DNA of 64,000 nt from Nanobdellota archaeon (GTDB taxonomy: Archaea; Nanobdellota; Nanobdellia; Woesearchaeales; JAGLXL01), in NCBI GenBank assembly GCA_042577865.1, contig JBHPDN010000003.1:786-64785 (forward strand), read 5' to 3'. Every line of letters starts with the position of its first letter. Position 1 is the first letter of the stretch. The position numbers and the translations under genes are program-made. This document shows positions 19,281 through 29,608 of this stretch, one piece after another. The notes under the pieces were generated by a model. It worked only from the letters and a program-made list of their open reading frames with translations, searched no databases and was not told the origin of the DNA.

Positions 19281-20603
19281 ATGCCTTTTGACATAATTAT
19301 AGGTAGGAACAAAAAAGACGTTGATAAGTACGGGAAAAAAGGAACGATTTTTGTAGGAAAGCAGTACATTAAGATGGGTGCAATTCGTTCTCTTTCTAAC
19401 GAAGTTTTTTTAGATGTAACCAGATCACACGTGGTTTTTGTTTGTGGAAAGCGTGGTGGAGGTAAGAGTTATACTATGGGAGTAATTGCAGAAGGAATTG
19501 CTGATTTACCTCCCGAGATTAGACAAAATTTGAGTGTAATAATTTTGGATACCATGGGAGTTTATTGGACAATGAAGTATCCAAATCATCAAGACGCCGG
19601 ATTGCTGAAAGAGTGGGGTTTGGAAGGAAAAAGTTTGGACATCAAAATTTTTACACCCTCTGGTTTTTACAAAGACTATAAAGATCAAGGTATTCCAACC
19701 GATGCGGCTTTTGCCATCAGGCCGGCTGATTTGAATCCTGAAGACTGGTGCATGACTTTTGATTTAGATGTCAATTCACCATCTGGAGTGTTGATTTCAA
19801 GAGCTGTTCACGGGGTAAAGGACAAACAAGGAGATTTTTCTTTAGCGGAGATAATTAAATGGATAGAAAATGACGATAAGACTGATGAACATACTAAAAA
19901 TGTTGTGATGGGGCATTTCCATAAAACAGAAGATTGGGGAATCTTTTCCAAGCAAGGAACTCCATTAAAAGATTTAGCTGCTTCGGGCCAGATAACAGTT
20001 TTGGATGTGAGTGCTTATGCAACTTTGCCGGCAGGGTGGGCAATTAAATCTTTAGTAATTGGGTTGATTAGTAAGAAGTTATTTAATGACAGAATGCTGG
20101 CAAGGAAGAAAGAAGAATTTTCAAATATTGATGTAGCTATGCATTATTTTACAAGCGAAACAAAAGAGAAATTGGAAGAGCCTTTGGTTTGGTTGGTGAT
20201 TGATGAGGCTCACGAGCTGCTGCCAAAAGAAGGCAAAACCACAGCAACAGACGCTTTAGTGACTATTTTGCGTGAAGGCCGGCAGCCAGGAATCAGTTTG
20301 ATTTTGGCCTCCCAGCAGCCTGGTAAAATTCATACTGATGTAATGACTCAAGCCGATACAGTTATTTCTCATCGGATTACGGCTCAACTGGATGTAGAGG
20401 CGCTGGGTCAATTAACACAAAGCTACATGCGGGAAGGTCTAGTGGATAAACTAAATCTTTTGCCCAGGATAAAAGGGTCAGCAGTGATTTTTGATGATAT
20501 GAATGAAAAGGTCTTTCCAGTACAGATTCGCCCAAGATTTACGTGGCACGGCGGGGCAGCTCCAACAGCCATGGTGGATAAACTTGGTGAACTTGGGAAA
20601 TAG
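19281..20603 (+). CDS. HerA/FtsK-like P-loop ATPase (DUF87-type)
   Basis: Walker A GKRGGGKS and Walker B LVWLVIDEAHELLP. No NurA-like partner nearby. Confidence 0.7.
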   Translation: MPFDIIIGRNKKDVDKYGKKGTIFVGKQYIKMGAIRSLSNEVFLDVTRSHVVFVCGKRGGGKSYTMGVIAEGIADLPPEIRQNLSVIILDTMGVYWTMKYPNHQDAGLLKEWGLEGKSLDIKIFTPSGFYKDYKDQGIPTDAAFAIRPADLNPEDWCMTFDLDVNSPSGVLISRAVHGVKDKQGDFSLAEIIKWIENDDKTDEHTKNVVMGHFHKTEDWGIFSKQGTPLKDLAASGQITVLDVSAYATLPAGWAIKSLVIGLISKKLFNDRMLARKKEEFSNIDVAMHYFTSETKEKLEEPLVWLVIDEAHELLPKEGKTTATDALVTILREGRQPGISLILASQQPGKIHTDVMTQADTVISHRITAQLDVEALGQLTQSYMREGLVDKLNLLPRIKGSAVIFDDMNEKVFPVQIRPRFTWHGGAAPTAMVDKLGELGK

Positions 20604-20667
20604 ATTTTTGAGAACAGGAAAATATTTAAATCATTTTTTTCTAAGTAATAGTTATGGGGGTTTTTAA

Positions 20668-21864
20668 GTGAATCAATTAGCAAAGTTAGTTTTAGTAACT
20701 GGTTCTGGTAGAAGTTCCGAAATAGGAGATCAAGTTTTTAATATTTTAAGAGATACTTATAAGCTGGGCGATAAAGTAGATTTGATAAAATCAGTTCCCT
20801 ATGATGCATTAGATGAAGATCAAAAAGGCATTCGAGATAGAACACGTCCTTTAGTGATTGACAGATTCAAAGACAGTGAGGTTAGAGTGGAAGTGGGAAA
20901 GGATGTTCTTTTAAGAAGACTGAGAGGGACGCACGTAGCTTTTCTAAAATATTTATTTGACCCCGATGAAGGAGGGATCCATGTTAACCGGCATTTGTTT
21001 GAAGTTTATGCTTTTGGCAGATTTTTGAATAAACATTTGAAAAGAAGAGGAGATTTAGAACATTTAACTTTAGTGTCCCCTTATCTAACTTATTTAAGAA
21101 TGCATAGTGTTGATAAATACATTGAAAATGATGATTTTTATCAAGCAAACACCTTGGAATTAAACATTGATATTTTAGATATGGTTTGTGGCATAGATTC
21201 AATCTTAACTATGGACCCCCATTCCGATGATGTGAAAAAATATTGTGAAACCATGGGGATGGATTTTCAAGGCCACAACCCATTTAGCTCAAGCAGATAT
21301 ACAAATTTCGCAAAATTAGGATTTGAGAAAGAAGGGGATGCACGAAACACCTTGAATGCATTGCAACCTTTTATCAATTATTTTGAAAATCATAAAGAAG
21401 AATATAAGGATGCAATTGTGATTGCACCTGACGATGGTTCTGAAAACAGAAGTGAACATTTTGTTGTTGATACTGGTCTAAGTTTTAAAAATCTGGCTTA
21501 TATGAATAAAAAGAGGATTGAAGCAGGAGACGTGAAATTAAGTAGATTTAAATATTTTAGTGCGATAAAAGAAGAGGATGTGAAGGGCCGAGTTTGTATT
21601 TTAACTGATGATATGGTGGCGAGCGGCAACACAGCTGAGAAAGTAGCTGAATATTTGCATAAGTTAGGTGCTGAACGAGTTGAATTATGGGTAACACATG
21701 CTGTTTGTCCTGAAATGGGTAAAATTGAAGAATTAAAATATGTTAACAAAATCATTTCACTAGACAGCATTATTAGAGAAAATGATAAAATTATACAGGT
21801 TCCGGCAACAGCACAAATATTGAGCGCTCAAATCTATAAGAATTATCACAAAGGTGCATCTTAA
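20668..21864 (+). CDS. Ribose-phosphate pyrophosphokinase-like protein, unusually long (398 aa), apparent GTG start
   Basis: RFKDSEVRVEV (like the RFsDGE motif) and the PRPP-binding loop VCILTDDMVASGNTA. No in-frame ATG occurs near the 5' end. Confidence 0.6.
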   Translation: MNQLAKLVLVTGSGRSSEIGDQVFNILRDTYKLGDKVDLIKSVPYDALDEDQKGIRDRTRPLVIDRFKDSEVRVEVGKDVLLRRLRGTHVAFLKYLFDPDEGGIHVNRHLFEVYAFGRFLNKHLKRRGDLEHLTLVSPYLTYLRMHSVDKYIENDDFYQANTLELNIDILDMVCGIDSILTMDPHSDDVKKYCETMGMDFQGHNPFSSSRYTNFAKLGFEKEGDARNTLNALQPFINYFENHKEEYKDAIVIAPDDGSENRSEHFVVDTGLSFKNLAYMNKKRIEAGDVKLSRFKYFSAIKEEDVKGRVCILTDDMVASGNTAEKVAEYLHKLGAERVELWVTHAVCPEMGKIEELKYVNKIISLDSIIRENDKIIQVPATAQILSAQIYKNYHKGAS

Positions 21865-22157
21865 TGACATTTTCAAAAAATTTTCCGCGGACGATTGAAG
21901 GTTCTAATTATCCTCGGTGGGAAGAAGTGTTCTTGACAGACGAAGAAGAGAAGGCGGAGGAAGAGAGGTCTAGACAGGAAAATATTTCTTTGATGAAAGA
22001 GTGTGTTGAAGATGCCAAGAAAATCATGGCTGAGAAAGATTTGAAAGAATACCAAAGCGACTTGATTTCCTTGGCTATTTCTTTGTTTGAAAAAAGAGCT
22101 TCCCATGTAATTTATTGGAAAGAAAGTAAAGCAAAAGAAAAATTTGATAAAAAATAA
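21864..22157 (+). CDS. Hypothetical acidic protein (97 aa)
   Basis: Its start overlaps the stop of the Prs-like gene (TAATG). No motif recognised. Confidence 0.45.
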   Translation: MTFSKNFPRTIEGSNYPRWEEVFLTDEEEKAEEERSRQENISLMKECVEDAKKIMAEKDLKEYQSDLISLAISLFEKRASHVIYWKESKAKEKFDKK

Positions 22158-22159
22158 TT

Positions 22160-22411
22160 TTATTTTCTGAGCTGGTATTTAGGCACAACCGGAGATTTAG
22201 TCATGTTAATAATTGAAGTAATAAACATGAGACTAAAAAATATCAGGAAGGCTACTCCCCAAGTTGTATGAAGTGGATAAACCCAAAAGGCAGAGATAAA
22301 AAAACCAATGATGGCAGTGAGCATAAATGATGCCGGCAATGGGGCTGGTTTCCAACGAGGAACTCTTTTAATTTTTTTCTTTTTTGTTTTTTTCTTAGGC
22401 ATAATAATCAC
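22160..22411 (-). CDS. Small membrane protein (83 aa, 2 predicted TM helices)
   Basis: Lys-rich N-terminus followed by two hydrophobic helices. Confidence 0.5.
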   Translation of the reverse strand: MIIMPKKKTKKKKIKRVPRWKPAPLPASFMLTAIIGFFISAFWVYPLHTTWGVAFLIFFSLMFITSIINMTKSPVVPKYQLRK

Positions 22412-22446
22412 CTCTTAAGGATTGAATGTTTTGTTTATTTAAAAAG

Positions 22447-23565
22447 TTAATCTTTGATGAGGAACTTGTTGACAAGTTTTTTGGCTTTTTCCCTGTTTTT
22501 TTGGTGTTCTTTAAGGAAAGTTTGGAGTTTTTCTATAAGGATTTGTTTGAGTTCTCCAGTCAAGAGCTTGCCAGATTTGTAGTCCCGATAGATTTGATTT
22601 AGTTTTTTATCATCTGGTTCAAAAAAGTTAGCAAGATACTGGAAAGAAACATCGATATCTGGATTGCCTCCTTTTTTACGGTGTTCCTCTAAAGTTGGCT
22701 GACCGCCTGAGAAAGCATATTTGTTGATTTTTCTTTTAGCTTCTTCTGGTGTGTCTGTCAAGGCAATGTATGAGTTAGGGTCTGAAGAAGACATCTTACC
22801 TCCACCAAGCCCAGGCATGAATTTATGATAGGTTGATGAGAGTTGTGTAAATTTGAATGTTTTGAAGCGTTTAGTGATGTCTCTGGCCAATCTTAAGTGG
22901 GGATCTTGGTCAATGCCGACCGGAACGACCACTGGAACAGGCCCTTCAAACTCAGGTAGTTGAGGGTGGAGCATGTCTGCTGCTTGTAAAAGAGCGGCGA
23001 GCATTTTACCAGGAGTAATTTCACCGTAAACAGCCCTGAATTCATTAAAAGTAGCGTGTCGGGCTAAAAGATTCTGGAGCCGGTAGAAAGCATTGGCTTT
23101 TTTGGCTTCTTGGGAACGATGACTCTGGAAATAAATTTCACAATTTTTTGGTTTTAATCCTAAAGCAATGTAATTGATGATATATTCTTCAACGGCAATT
23201 TTTCTGCTTTCTTCTAAAGACTGTCCCCGGGCATTGTATGATTCTATATCAGCTACAGCAATGTACAACTTGGCACCCATCTTTTGATGAAAGATCATCT
23301 GCTGGGCAAGCATCATATGGCCAATGTGGAATTTACCACTAGGCATAAGGCCAGTCATCATAACATAAGGTTTTTTGTCTTTCATAGCAGACATAATTCT
23401 GCCAAAGTCTCTGTGGGCATAAACAACCTTTCTTCTAAAAAGAACATTCTCATTGAAAACATCGGGGAGTTGTTTAAGCATTTCAACTCCAAATTCCTTG
23501 GCTAATTTATCATAATCGATGTCTCCTTTTATTTCCCAAGGGGTAACCACAGCTTTTTTTGACAT
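22447..23565 (-). CDS. trpS: Tryptophan--tRNA ligase
   Basis: VTPWEIKGDIDYDKLAKEFG N-terminus, class I HIGH (FHIGH) and KMSSS motifs. Confidence 0.9.
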   Translation of the reverse strand: MSKKAVVTPWEIKGDIDYDKLAKEFGVEMLKQLPDVFNENVLFRRKVVYAHRDFGRIMSAMKDKKPYVMMTGLMPSGKFHIGHMMLAQQMIFHQKMGAKLYIAVADIESYNARGQSLEESRKIAVEEYIINYIALGLKPKNCEIYFQSHRSQEAKKANAFYRLQNLLARHATFNEFRAVYGEITPGKMLAALLQAADMLHPQLPEFEGPVPVVVPVGIDQDPHLRLARDITKRFKTFKFTQLSSTYHKFMPGLGGGKMSSSDPNSYIALTDTPEEAKRKINKYAFSGGQPTLEEHRKKGGNPDIDVSFQYLANFFEPDDKKLNQIYRDYKSGKLLTGELKQILIEKLQTFLKEHQKNREKAKKLVNKFLIKD

Positions 23566-23605
23566 GGGTTAAGAAAGATTTGTTGAGTTTATATATTTTA
23601 CTTAA

Positions 23606-24532
23606 ATGGTTAAATTAATAAATGATGCTGAATTCATTTTGGTTATGAAGCATACATTGAAAGTAACAATCATCATGGTTGTTTTTTTTCTGATAGCCCA
23701 GTTAATTGGTTTAGGAGTGACTTACGGCTATATTGACAAGGAAAAAAGTGCTGCAGGAGAGGAAGTTGTTTTCCAGGAACTGCCTTTTGGTATGGAAAGA
23801 CCCCAGATTGGGGGGACGGCTTTATTGTTTTTAGTGGCCGGAGCGATTATTATTGGGACAATTATTCTTTTATTGTTAATTAAATTTAAAGCCGGTCTTT
23901 TCTGGAAGATTTGGTATTTTTTTGCGGTGTGGCTGACACTAGCCATTGCTTTTGGCGGAATTTTGAGGCCTTATTTTTTTGTGGCGGGTTCTTTAGGTTT
24001 GGTATTGGCCACGTGGAAGGTATTGAAACCCAATATTTATGTGCAGAACCTGACTGAGATTTTTATTTACGGAGGATTGGCAGCAATCTTTGTTCCAATT
24101 AAAGGTTTTTCAATCACTGCAGCAATTATTTTGTTATTATTGATTTCTGTTTATGATATGTATGCTGTCTGGAAAAGCAAACACATGGTAAAACTGGCTA
24201 AGTTCCAAATCAATTCAAAGGTGTTTGCTGGTTTTTTTGTGCCTTACCACCTGCCTAAGAAGGGTGGGAAAGTCAAAAAGAAAAAAGGAAAGGGCAAATT
24301 GGTAAAAGTTAAGACAGCTATTTTGGGCGGCGGAGATGTCGGTTTTCCATTGATCTTTGCTGGAGTGGTGATGAAGGAATTTGGTTTCTTGAAAAGTTTA
24401 GTAATCCCTTTGACAGTAAGTATTGCTTTATTGTTTTTGCTGACTAAAGGAAAGAAAGATAGATTTTATCCAGCCATGCCTTTTTTAACTATTGGGTGTT
24501 TGGTTGGTTTGGGGATTGTTCTTCTTTTGTAA
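23606..24532 (+). CDS. Presenilin/signal-peptide-peptidase-like intramembrane aspartyl protease (A22 family)
   Basis: Polytopic membrane protein with YD (SVYDMYAVW), GxGD (LGGGDVGFPL) and a PAL-like (YPAMPFL) motif. Confidence 0.8.
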   Translation: MVKLINDAEFILVMKHTLKVTIIMVVFFLIAQLIGLGVTYGYIDKEKSAAGEEVVFQELPFGMERPQIGGTALLFLVAGAIIIGTIILLLLIKFKAGLFWKIWYFFAVWLTLAIAFGGILRPYFFVAGSLGLVLATWKVLKPNIYVQNLTEIFIYGGLAAIFVPIKGFSITAAIILLLLISVYDMYAVWKSKHMVKLAKFQINSKVFAGFFVPYHLPKKGGKVKKKKGKGKLVKVKTAILGGGDVGFPLIFAGVVMKEFGFLKSLVIPLTVSIALLFLLTKGKKDRFYPAMPFLTIGCLVGLGIVLLL

Positions 24533-25337
24533 AAGTGTTTAATCTTTGCTGCTGAGAACGGGCATCGTATGATGAGGGTGTTAAAGAAGAACCATCTTTA
24601 GCAGTAATGGTCTGGACACCAGTGGCACGCTGAATTTCTCTGGCTTCAAGCAAAGGGTCTGCTTTGAGCATGTTAAAACCAAAATGTTGGATGACAGCTA
24701 ATCTGGGTTTGACTTTTTCAATTAATTTAATGGTTTTTTCTTTGTTGAGATGGTAATCTGATTTTTGATCTCCGGGCAAGGTAGTGTTGATGATGAGGAT
24801 GTCAGTGTTTTCAAAAGAGTTGACCAGCTCCTTATGGTAATTGGTATCTGAAGTGTAACCAAGAATGAATTTGGGCGTGACAATTCTAAAGCCAATGGTA
24901 TGGGGGTCAGAATGTTGGGTAAAAGTGGCATGAATTTCAATATCTTCAACACCTACTTTTTGGCCAGGTTTGAGAATGATAATTTTTTCCAAGCAGTTTT
25001 TGTGGTAATTGGTTAAGTAAGGCTGATAATCTTCTTCACCATTAACAACAGTGGAGTTGGTGATAAGAACACCTTTTTTATCCATGCCTGAAATCGTCAT
25101 AGCGTCAATGACAGCATTAAGATCATTGCAATGACCAATGTGGTTATGGGAAACAAGAATGACATCATTAGCTCTAATATTGACACCATAATCTTTGGCC
25201 TGGTTGAGGGAGCCTGGTCCAGGGTCAAGATGGATTTGCAAACCACTGATTTGGAGAATGATACCGCCAGAAGCCCTGATTTGCCGGCCGATAACTGATT
25301 TGTCTCCACCAGTACCGAGAAAGATGATTTTGGCCAT
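24489..25337 (-). CDS. Metallo-beta-lactamase-fold hydrolase
   Basis: IIFLGTGG, LVSHNHIGHCND (HxHxxH variant). Its 3' end overlaps the convergent presenilin-like gene by 44 nt. Confidence 0.65.
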   Translation of the reverse strand: MAKIIFLGTGGDKSVIGRQIRASGGIILQISGLQIHLDPGPGSLNQAKDYGVNIRANDVILVSHNHIGHCNDLNAVIDAMTISGMDKKGVLITNSTVVNGEEDYQPYLTNYHKNCLEKIIILKPGQKVGVEDIEIHATFTQHSDPHTIGFRIVTPKFILGYTSDTNYHKELVNSFENTDILIINTTLPGDQKSDYHLNKEKTIKLIEKVKPRLAVIQHFGFNMLKADPLLEAREIQRATGVQTITAKDGSSLTPSSYDARSQQQRLNTFTKEEQSPNQPNTQ

Positions 25338-25420
25338 GGGTTTTTATGGTGCTTAGTGGTTAATAAATTTTATTGTGATTTAACGCAACTTTTATAAAGG
25401 GTGGATTTAGAATTATGTTT

Positions 25421-25694
25421 GGATAGGCTAGACTGGGGGGTTAGCCCTCTCCTGTCACCGTCAACGGGCTTTAGGCGGAGTCGAAGCTTGAGGAAGATGG
25501 AGCCGGTTCTGCTGGTCTCAGCAGTTACCGTCGACGTTCTGTCCCATAGGATTACGGCTATGGGAAACGGGTCAGGCCCTGACGGGAGCAGCCCTAACGA
25601 TAGTTAGTAATGTTTATGGGGTTGCAGAACTGAGGTGCTGTTGGGATTAAGCCAGTGGAGTTGGTTTTTATCGACTGATGGCGTGCCTATCCAC
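25421..25694 (+). ncRNA. Signal recognition particle RNA (archaeal 7S RNA)
   Basis: 5' GGATAGGCTAGACTGGGGGGTTAGCCC...CCTGT (Alu-domain-like) pairs with 3' ...GCCTATCC. GGGTCAGGCCCTGACGGGAGCAGCCC is the helix 8-type conserved segment. TTTTATAAAG lies 22 nt upstream. Confidence 0.85.
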
Positions 25695-25696
25695 TT

Positions 25697-28555
25697 TTAA
25701 TTAACAAGAATAGCTGGTTTGCCGGGCATGGCCTGGTTGGCTTTTGATTCTTTTGAATCTTCAGCATTGATGACTTCTATCTGAGTGTTGCTGTATTTTT
25801 TTGACAAGAAATCTTTGGCATGTTCTAAAGTTTTGTTTTCAAGTTCCTGATTGGTGGCTTCTGGTACAGAACCTAATTTAACATATTTAGGAATAATCTT
25901 GGTAATGTCTTTGCCGTGTTGTTTGAGATCATCAATCATGGTTTTGTTGAGTAGGTCTTTGAAATCTCTGGTTTCAGTTAGAGATTGCTTGAGTATTTTC
26001 ATGAACTTGTATTTCCAGTTTGAAGAGGTGATAAGTGTGATTTTTTGTGGTTGAGTAATTTTGGCAAGTTTAAGGACAGTGTTGATATCGGTCATGACTT
26101 GGTCAATTAACTCCTCTCCTCTTTCAAAATCGCGGTTAATTTTAGTTCGATCAAATTCAGGCCAGAGAGCTTTAGAAACATATCCTTGACCTTTGATAAG
26201 AGACCACATTTCTTCACAGAGGTGTGGAGTAAAAGGAGCCAAGAGTTTGATTTGGGTTTCAATGAAATGATTGATTAATTTTTTATTGAAATGGTTGTCA
26301 GTTCTTTTGGAGTACCATCTGAGATGTCTTTGGAGATCAAGAAAACCTTTGAGAATAGCTGACTTAAATTCAATGTTTTCCATATGCTGAGTGGTTTCTT
26401 TGACAGCGTTGTTGATGACTGATTCAAACCAATTGTCAATGGGCAATCTTTCTTCTCTGCCTTGATTGTAATTTTCCTGAACAAAATCAAAAAGTTCGTT
26501 AAGTTTTTTAGTAGCGGTTTCCAGGAAATTCATATCAAAGTTGGCATCATCAATACCTTCCCCAGCATTAGCAGAGGTTAGTCTAACAATATCAGCGCCG
26601 TGTTTTTCATAGAGTTCTCGGGCAGTGAAAAAGTTACCTTTGGATTTGGACATCTTTTGATTGTCAACCATGATACGACCATTAAGAGCGTAAGCTCGAG
26701 GCCAGTGTTTTTCTGGGAAAAGAGCAGTGTGATTGAAGAGGCAAAAAGCCAAGTGGTTTTGGATTAAATCCTTGGCGCTGTTTCTGAAATCAAAAGGATA
26801 CCAGTATTCAAAATCTCTTTTCATAGTTTCAATCATTTCTTTTGGTACTTGGGTTGATTTTTCAACAGATTCGGCGTCTCCTTTGTTGAGGAAGACGTAG
26901 CTGAAAAATTCATCATTGAGGTTGTCGATGGAAAAACCATAATCTTCTGGATTTTGAAGGTATTTGGAAATAGTGCCGTAGGCCATTTGGATAGTAGAAT
27001 CAGACAAGGATTCAACAACCCATTTTTGATCCCAAGGCAATTTAGTTCCGAGACCTAGTTCCCTGGTACAGGCCCAACGGTGAAGCCAGTCTAAAACATA
27101 GTCAAATTGTTTTCGTACTTGTTCAGGATAAAGTTTCATTTGGTCCAGGCACTGATGAGTAATTTTTTTCCAGGCCGGGTCGTTGTATTGGATGAACCAC
27201 TGGTCTGAAACCATCTTGATGATGCATTCGGTGAGGCAGCGACAAACAACTTTATCTGTTAGTTCATAGAACATGACAGCTTCTCCTTTTTCGGTTAATT
27301 GTTTTTTTAAGAATTCCTGGCATTCTGGAACAGTCAGGCCAGCGCATTCTCCACAATTATCTTTCATGATTCCTTTTCTAAAGACTCTTTTGTTGAGTTC
27401 GTTTTTGGCAGCTTCAATTTTTTCTTTATCATCCGGGGATTTAACTCCAAACTCTTTGCCGATGTCTTCTCCTAGATTATCACCCATATCTGGAACATCA
27501 ATAATAGAGATAGGCTTTAATTTGGCAACAACTTCCTTATCTAAATTGTATTTGTCTAATAAGGCCATATCAGAATGAATTTTCTTTAATTCAAATAAAT
27601 CAACAGGATCTTCCAAGGCAGAAAAAACAATACCAGAACCAACTTTAGAATCAATAAACCAGGCCGGAACAACATAAGTATCATAATCAACTAGAGGTCC
27701 TCTAGTCCACTGGCCAATCAATTCTTCGGGTTTGATATCTCTGATAACTTTGGTTTGAGCATACTGCTCTTCTATTTTTTTGACGGCTTCTTTGCCGACA
27801 ACCCACTTTTCATCTTCAACTTCAACAATCTGGTAGTCCCCATCAGGGTCAATCCACAAATGAGTCTGTCCGTAAAAGGCGTCTGGCCGAGTGGTGCCAG
27901 CCATCAAAATTAAATCTGAATTTTTTAATCTGAATTTTCCCCAAATAAAATCTTTGGGTGTTTCACCTTCCCCTTCGGCACGGTCATGGTCTCCAACAGG
28001 AAGGTTGTCTTTAGGACACCAGACAACAGGATGCTTGCCTTTTTTGACATAACCTTTTTCATGAAGCTGGTTGAACTGCCAGGTAATAAAAGAATCATAA
28101 GGAGGATTCAAGTGAGTAGTTTTGAAAGCATAGCGCTCATCAATGGAAAAACCAAGAGATTTGACATCTTTCAAAGTTTCTTTGGGAAAATAAGTTGTCC
28201 AATATTCGGGTTCAGAAAATTTAGGTATTTCTTTTTCTGCAATGCCCATTTTTTTGAGAGCTTGAATTTGTCCTGGTTCATTTTCTTTAACTCTTTGGGC
28301 AGCGGCCACAATAGGAGTACCAGTACAGTGAAAACCAAATTTAGCCAGAGTATTGAAACCACGCATACGCTTGTATCTTAATTGAATTTCAGAAGTGGTG
28401 TAGGTAAACAAATGGCCTAAGTGAAGCAGGCCGCTCATGTAAGGGTAAACAATAGCAATATAATATTTTTCCCGGTCATCTACTTCAACCTGGAAAACTT
28501 TGTCTTTTTCCCACCGATCCTGCCATTTTTTAGCAAGAGCTTTGAAGTTAACCAT
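25697..28555 (-). CDS. leuS: Leucine--tRNA ligase
   Basis: 952 aa, archaeal-type LeuRS with a HLGH-type motif (LHLGHLF), a CP1 editing insertion and KMSKSKGN. Confidence 0.95.
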   Translation of the reverse strand: MVNFKALAKKWQDRWEKDKVFQVEVDDREKYYIAIVYPYMSGLLHLGHLFTYTTSEIQLRYKRMRGFNTLAKFGFHCTGTPIVAAAQRVKENEPGQIQALKKMGIAEKEIPKFSEPEYWTTYFPKETLKDVKSLGFSIDERYAFKTTHLNPPYDSFITWQFNQLHEKGYVKKGKHPVVWCPKDNLPVGDHDRAEGEGETPKDFIWGKFRLKNSDLILMAGTTRPDAFYGQTHLWIDPDGDYQIVEVEDEKWVVGKEAVKKIEEQYAQTKVIRDIKPEELIGQWTRGPLVDYDTYVVPAWFIDSKVGSGIVFSALEDPVDLFELKKIHSDMALLDKYNLDKEVVAKLKPISIIDVPDMGDNLGEDIGKEFGVKSPDDKEKIEAAKNELNKRVFRKGIMKDNCGECAGLTVPECQEFLKKQLTEKGEAVMFYELTDKVVCRCLTECIIKMVSDQWFIQYNDPAWKKITHQCLDQMKLYPEQVRKQFDYVLDWLHRWACTRELGLGTKLPWDQKWVVESLSDSTIQMAYGTISKYLQNPEDYGFSIDNLNDEFFSYVFLNKGDAESVEKSTQVPKEMIETMKRDFEYWYPFDFRNSAKDLIQNHLAFCLFNHTALFPEKHWPRAYALNGRIMVDNQKMSKSKGNFFTARELYEKHGADIVRLTSANAGEGIDDANFDMNFLETATKKLNELFDFVQENYNQGREERLPIDNWFESVINNAVKETTQHMENIEFKSAILKGFLDLQRHLRWYSKRTDNHFNKKLINHFIETQIKLLAPFTPHLCEEMWSLIKGQGYVSKALWPEFDRTKINRDFERGEELIDQVMTDINTVLKLAKITQPQKITLITSSNWKYKFMKILKQSLTETRDFKDLLNKTMIDDLKQHGKDITKIIPKYVKLGSVPEATNQELENKTLEHAKDFLSKKYSNTQIEVINAEDSKESKANQAMPGKPAILVN

Positions 28556-28594
28556 AATAGAAAAGAAAATAAATGCTGGTTTTTAAAGTTGTTG

Positions 28595-28792
28595 TTAAAA
28601 TCTCTTAAACTCAGCAGCAAGATCAATTAAATCAACATGACCCATAAATAAAGCCCGGCAGCAGTACCTTTCTAAGTTAAGGTCGTCAAGAACTCTTTTC
28701 TTGTCTTCGCCCTTAGCACTTCTTTCTTTGAATGTCTCCCAAAGATGGGCGACTGGTTTGCCACAACTAAAACAACGGATTGGAATCATCAT
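28595..28792 (-). CDS. rpoN: DNA-directed RNA polymerase subunit N (Rpo10/RpoN)
   Basis: MMIPIRCFSCGKPV...RYCCR zinc motif. Start moved to M30 of the ORF-track entry because the longer ORF overlaps rps9. Confidence 0.9.
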   Translation of the reverse strand: MMIPIRCFSCGKPVAHLWETFKERSAKGEDKKRVLDDLNLERYCCRALFMGHVDLIDLAAEFKRF

Positions 28793-28799
28793 TTTTTGA

Positions 28800-29195
28800 T
28801 CACCTGTATGATTTTTGGCGTTTAGCACGCGCTTTAGAGATATTAGGTTTGTTGGTTTCTTTTCTTCTGACATCAGCAACTAGAAGCTGACGATCGTAGT
28901 CTTCAAATACTTTCTTTAATTTCTTGTCGTGTTGAACAAGAGCACGACCAATAGCCAAACGAGCAGCCTCTGCCTGACCACTAGTACCACCACCAAGAAC
29001 AGTAACATTGATATTGACTGCCTGGCCTTGAGTTCCAGCTAGAATCAAGGGCTCTTGAATTCTGGTCCTAAAAATACTTGAACTATAAGTATCTAAAAGT
29101 TTTTTATTGATTCTGATTTTACCTTGGCCGGCCCTTAAAGTAGCTCGAGCAACAGCCCTTTTTCTTTTTCCACTAGTATGAATTACTTTTTCCAT
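28800..29195 (-). CDS. rps9: 30S ribosomal protein S9 (uS9)
   Basis: GKRKRAVARA...GGGTSGQAEA...KARAKRQKSYR. Start taken at MEKVIHTSG. Confidence 0.9.
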   Translation of the reverse strand: MEKVIHTSGKRKRAVARATLRAGQGKIRINKKLLDTYSSSIFRTRIQEPLILAGTQGQAVNINVTVLGGGTSGQAEAARLAIGRALVQHDKKLKKVFEDYDRQLLVADVRRKETNKPNISKARAKRQKSYR

Positions 29196-29608
29196 TGTGC
29201 ACCCAGTTTTTGACAAAGGTCTTGAATAACAATATACTTAAGATTAGGAACTTTGGTGATGTTAGCTTTAGGTAAGGTTTCCAAAGTTGCCTTTTCAAAT
29301 TGAGTAGGAATACTGATATAACATTTGATTTTTTTCAAAGCCTGTTCACCTCTTGACTTTTTGTAAGGCAACATACGCTTAATGGCCCTTTTGACAAAGG
29401 CGTCCGGTCTTCGGTAAAAGAAAGGTCCAGCATAAGGGTGGCCTCTTTGCATAGCCTGAAGCTGGCGGTCAACAATTTCTTTTTTGCTGCCAGTAATAAT
29501 CATCTTTTCGCAATTAACCAGAGCTATTTCCTGACCTAGTAAAGCCTCTTTAGCAATATAAGAAGCAACTCTGCCTAAGATTAAATTTTCTCCGTTAATA
29601 ACTTTCAT
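29183..29608 (-). CDS. rpl13: 50S ribosomal protein L13 (uL13)
   Basis: Family-typical sequence (LGRVASYIAK..., RMLPYK) and operon position. Confidence 0.95.
   Translation of the reverse strand: MKVINGENLILGRVASYIAKEALLGQEIALVNCEKMIITGSKKEIVDRQLQAMQRGHPYAGPFFYRRPDAFVKRAIKRMLPYKKSRGEQALKKIKCYISIPTQFEKATLETLPKANITKVPNLKYIVIQDLCQKLGAQWKK

Noticed and set aside
25401-25607. 68-aa ORF (plus strand)
   Set aside because: It falls within the SRP RNA. The GC-rich structured RNA gives a chance open frame.
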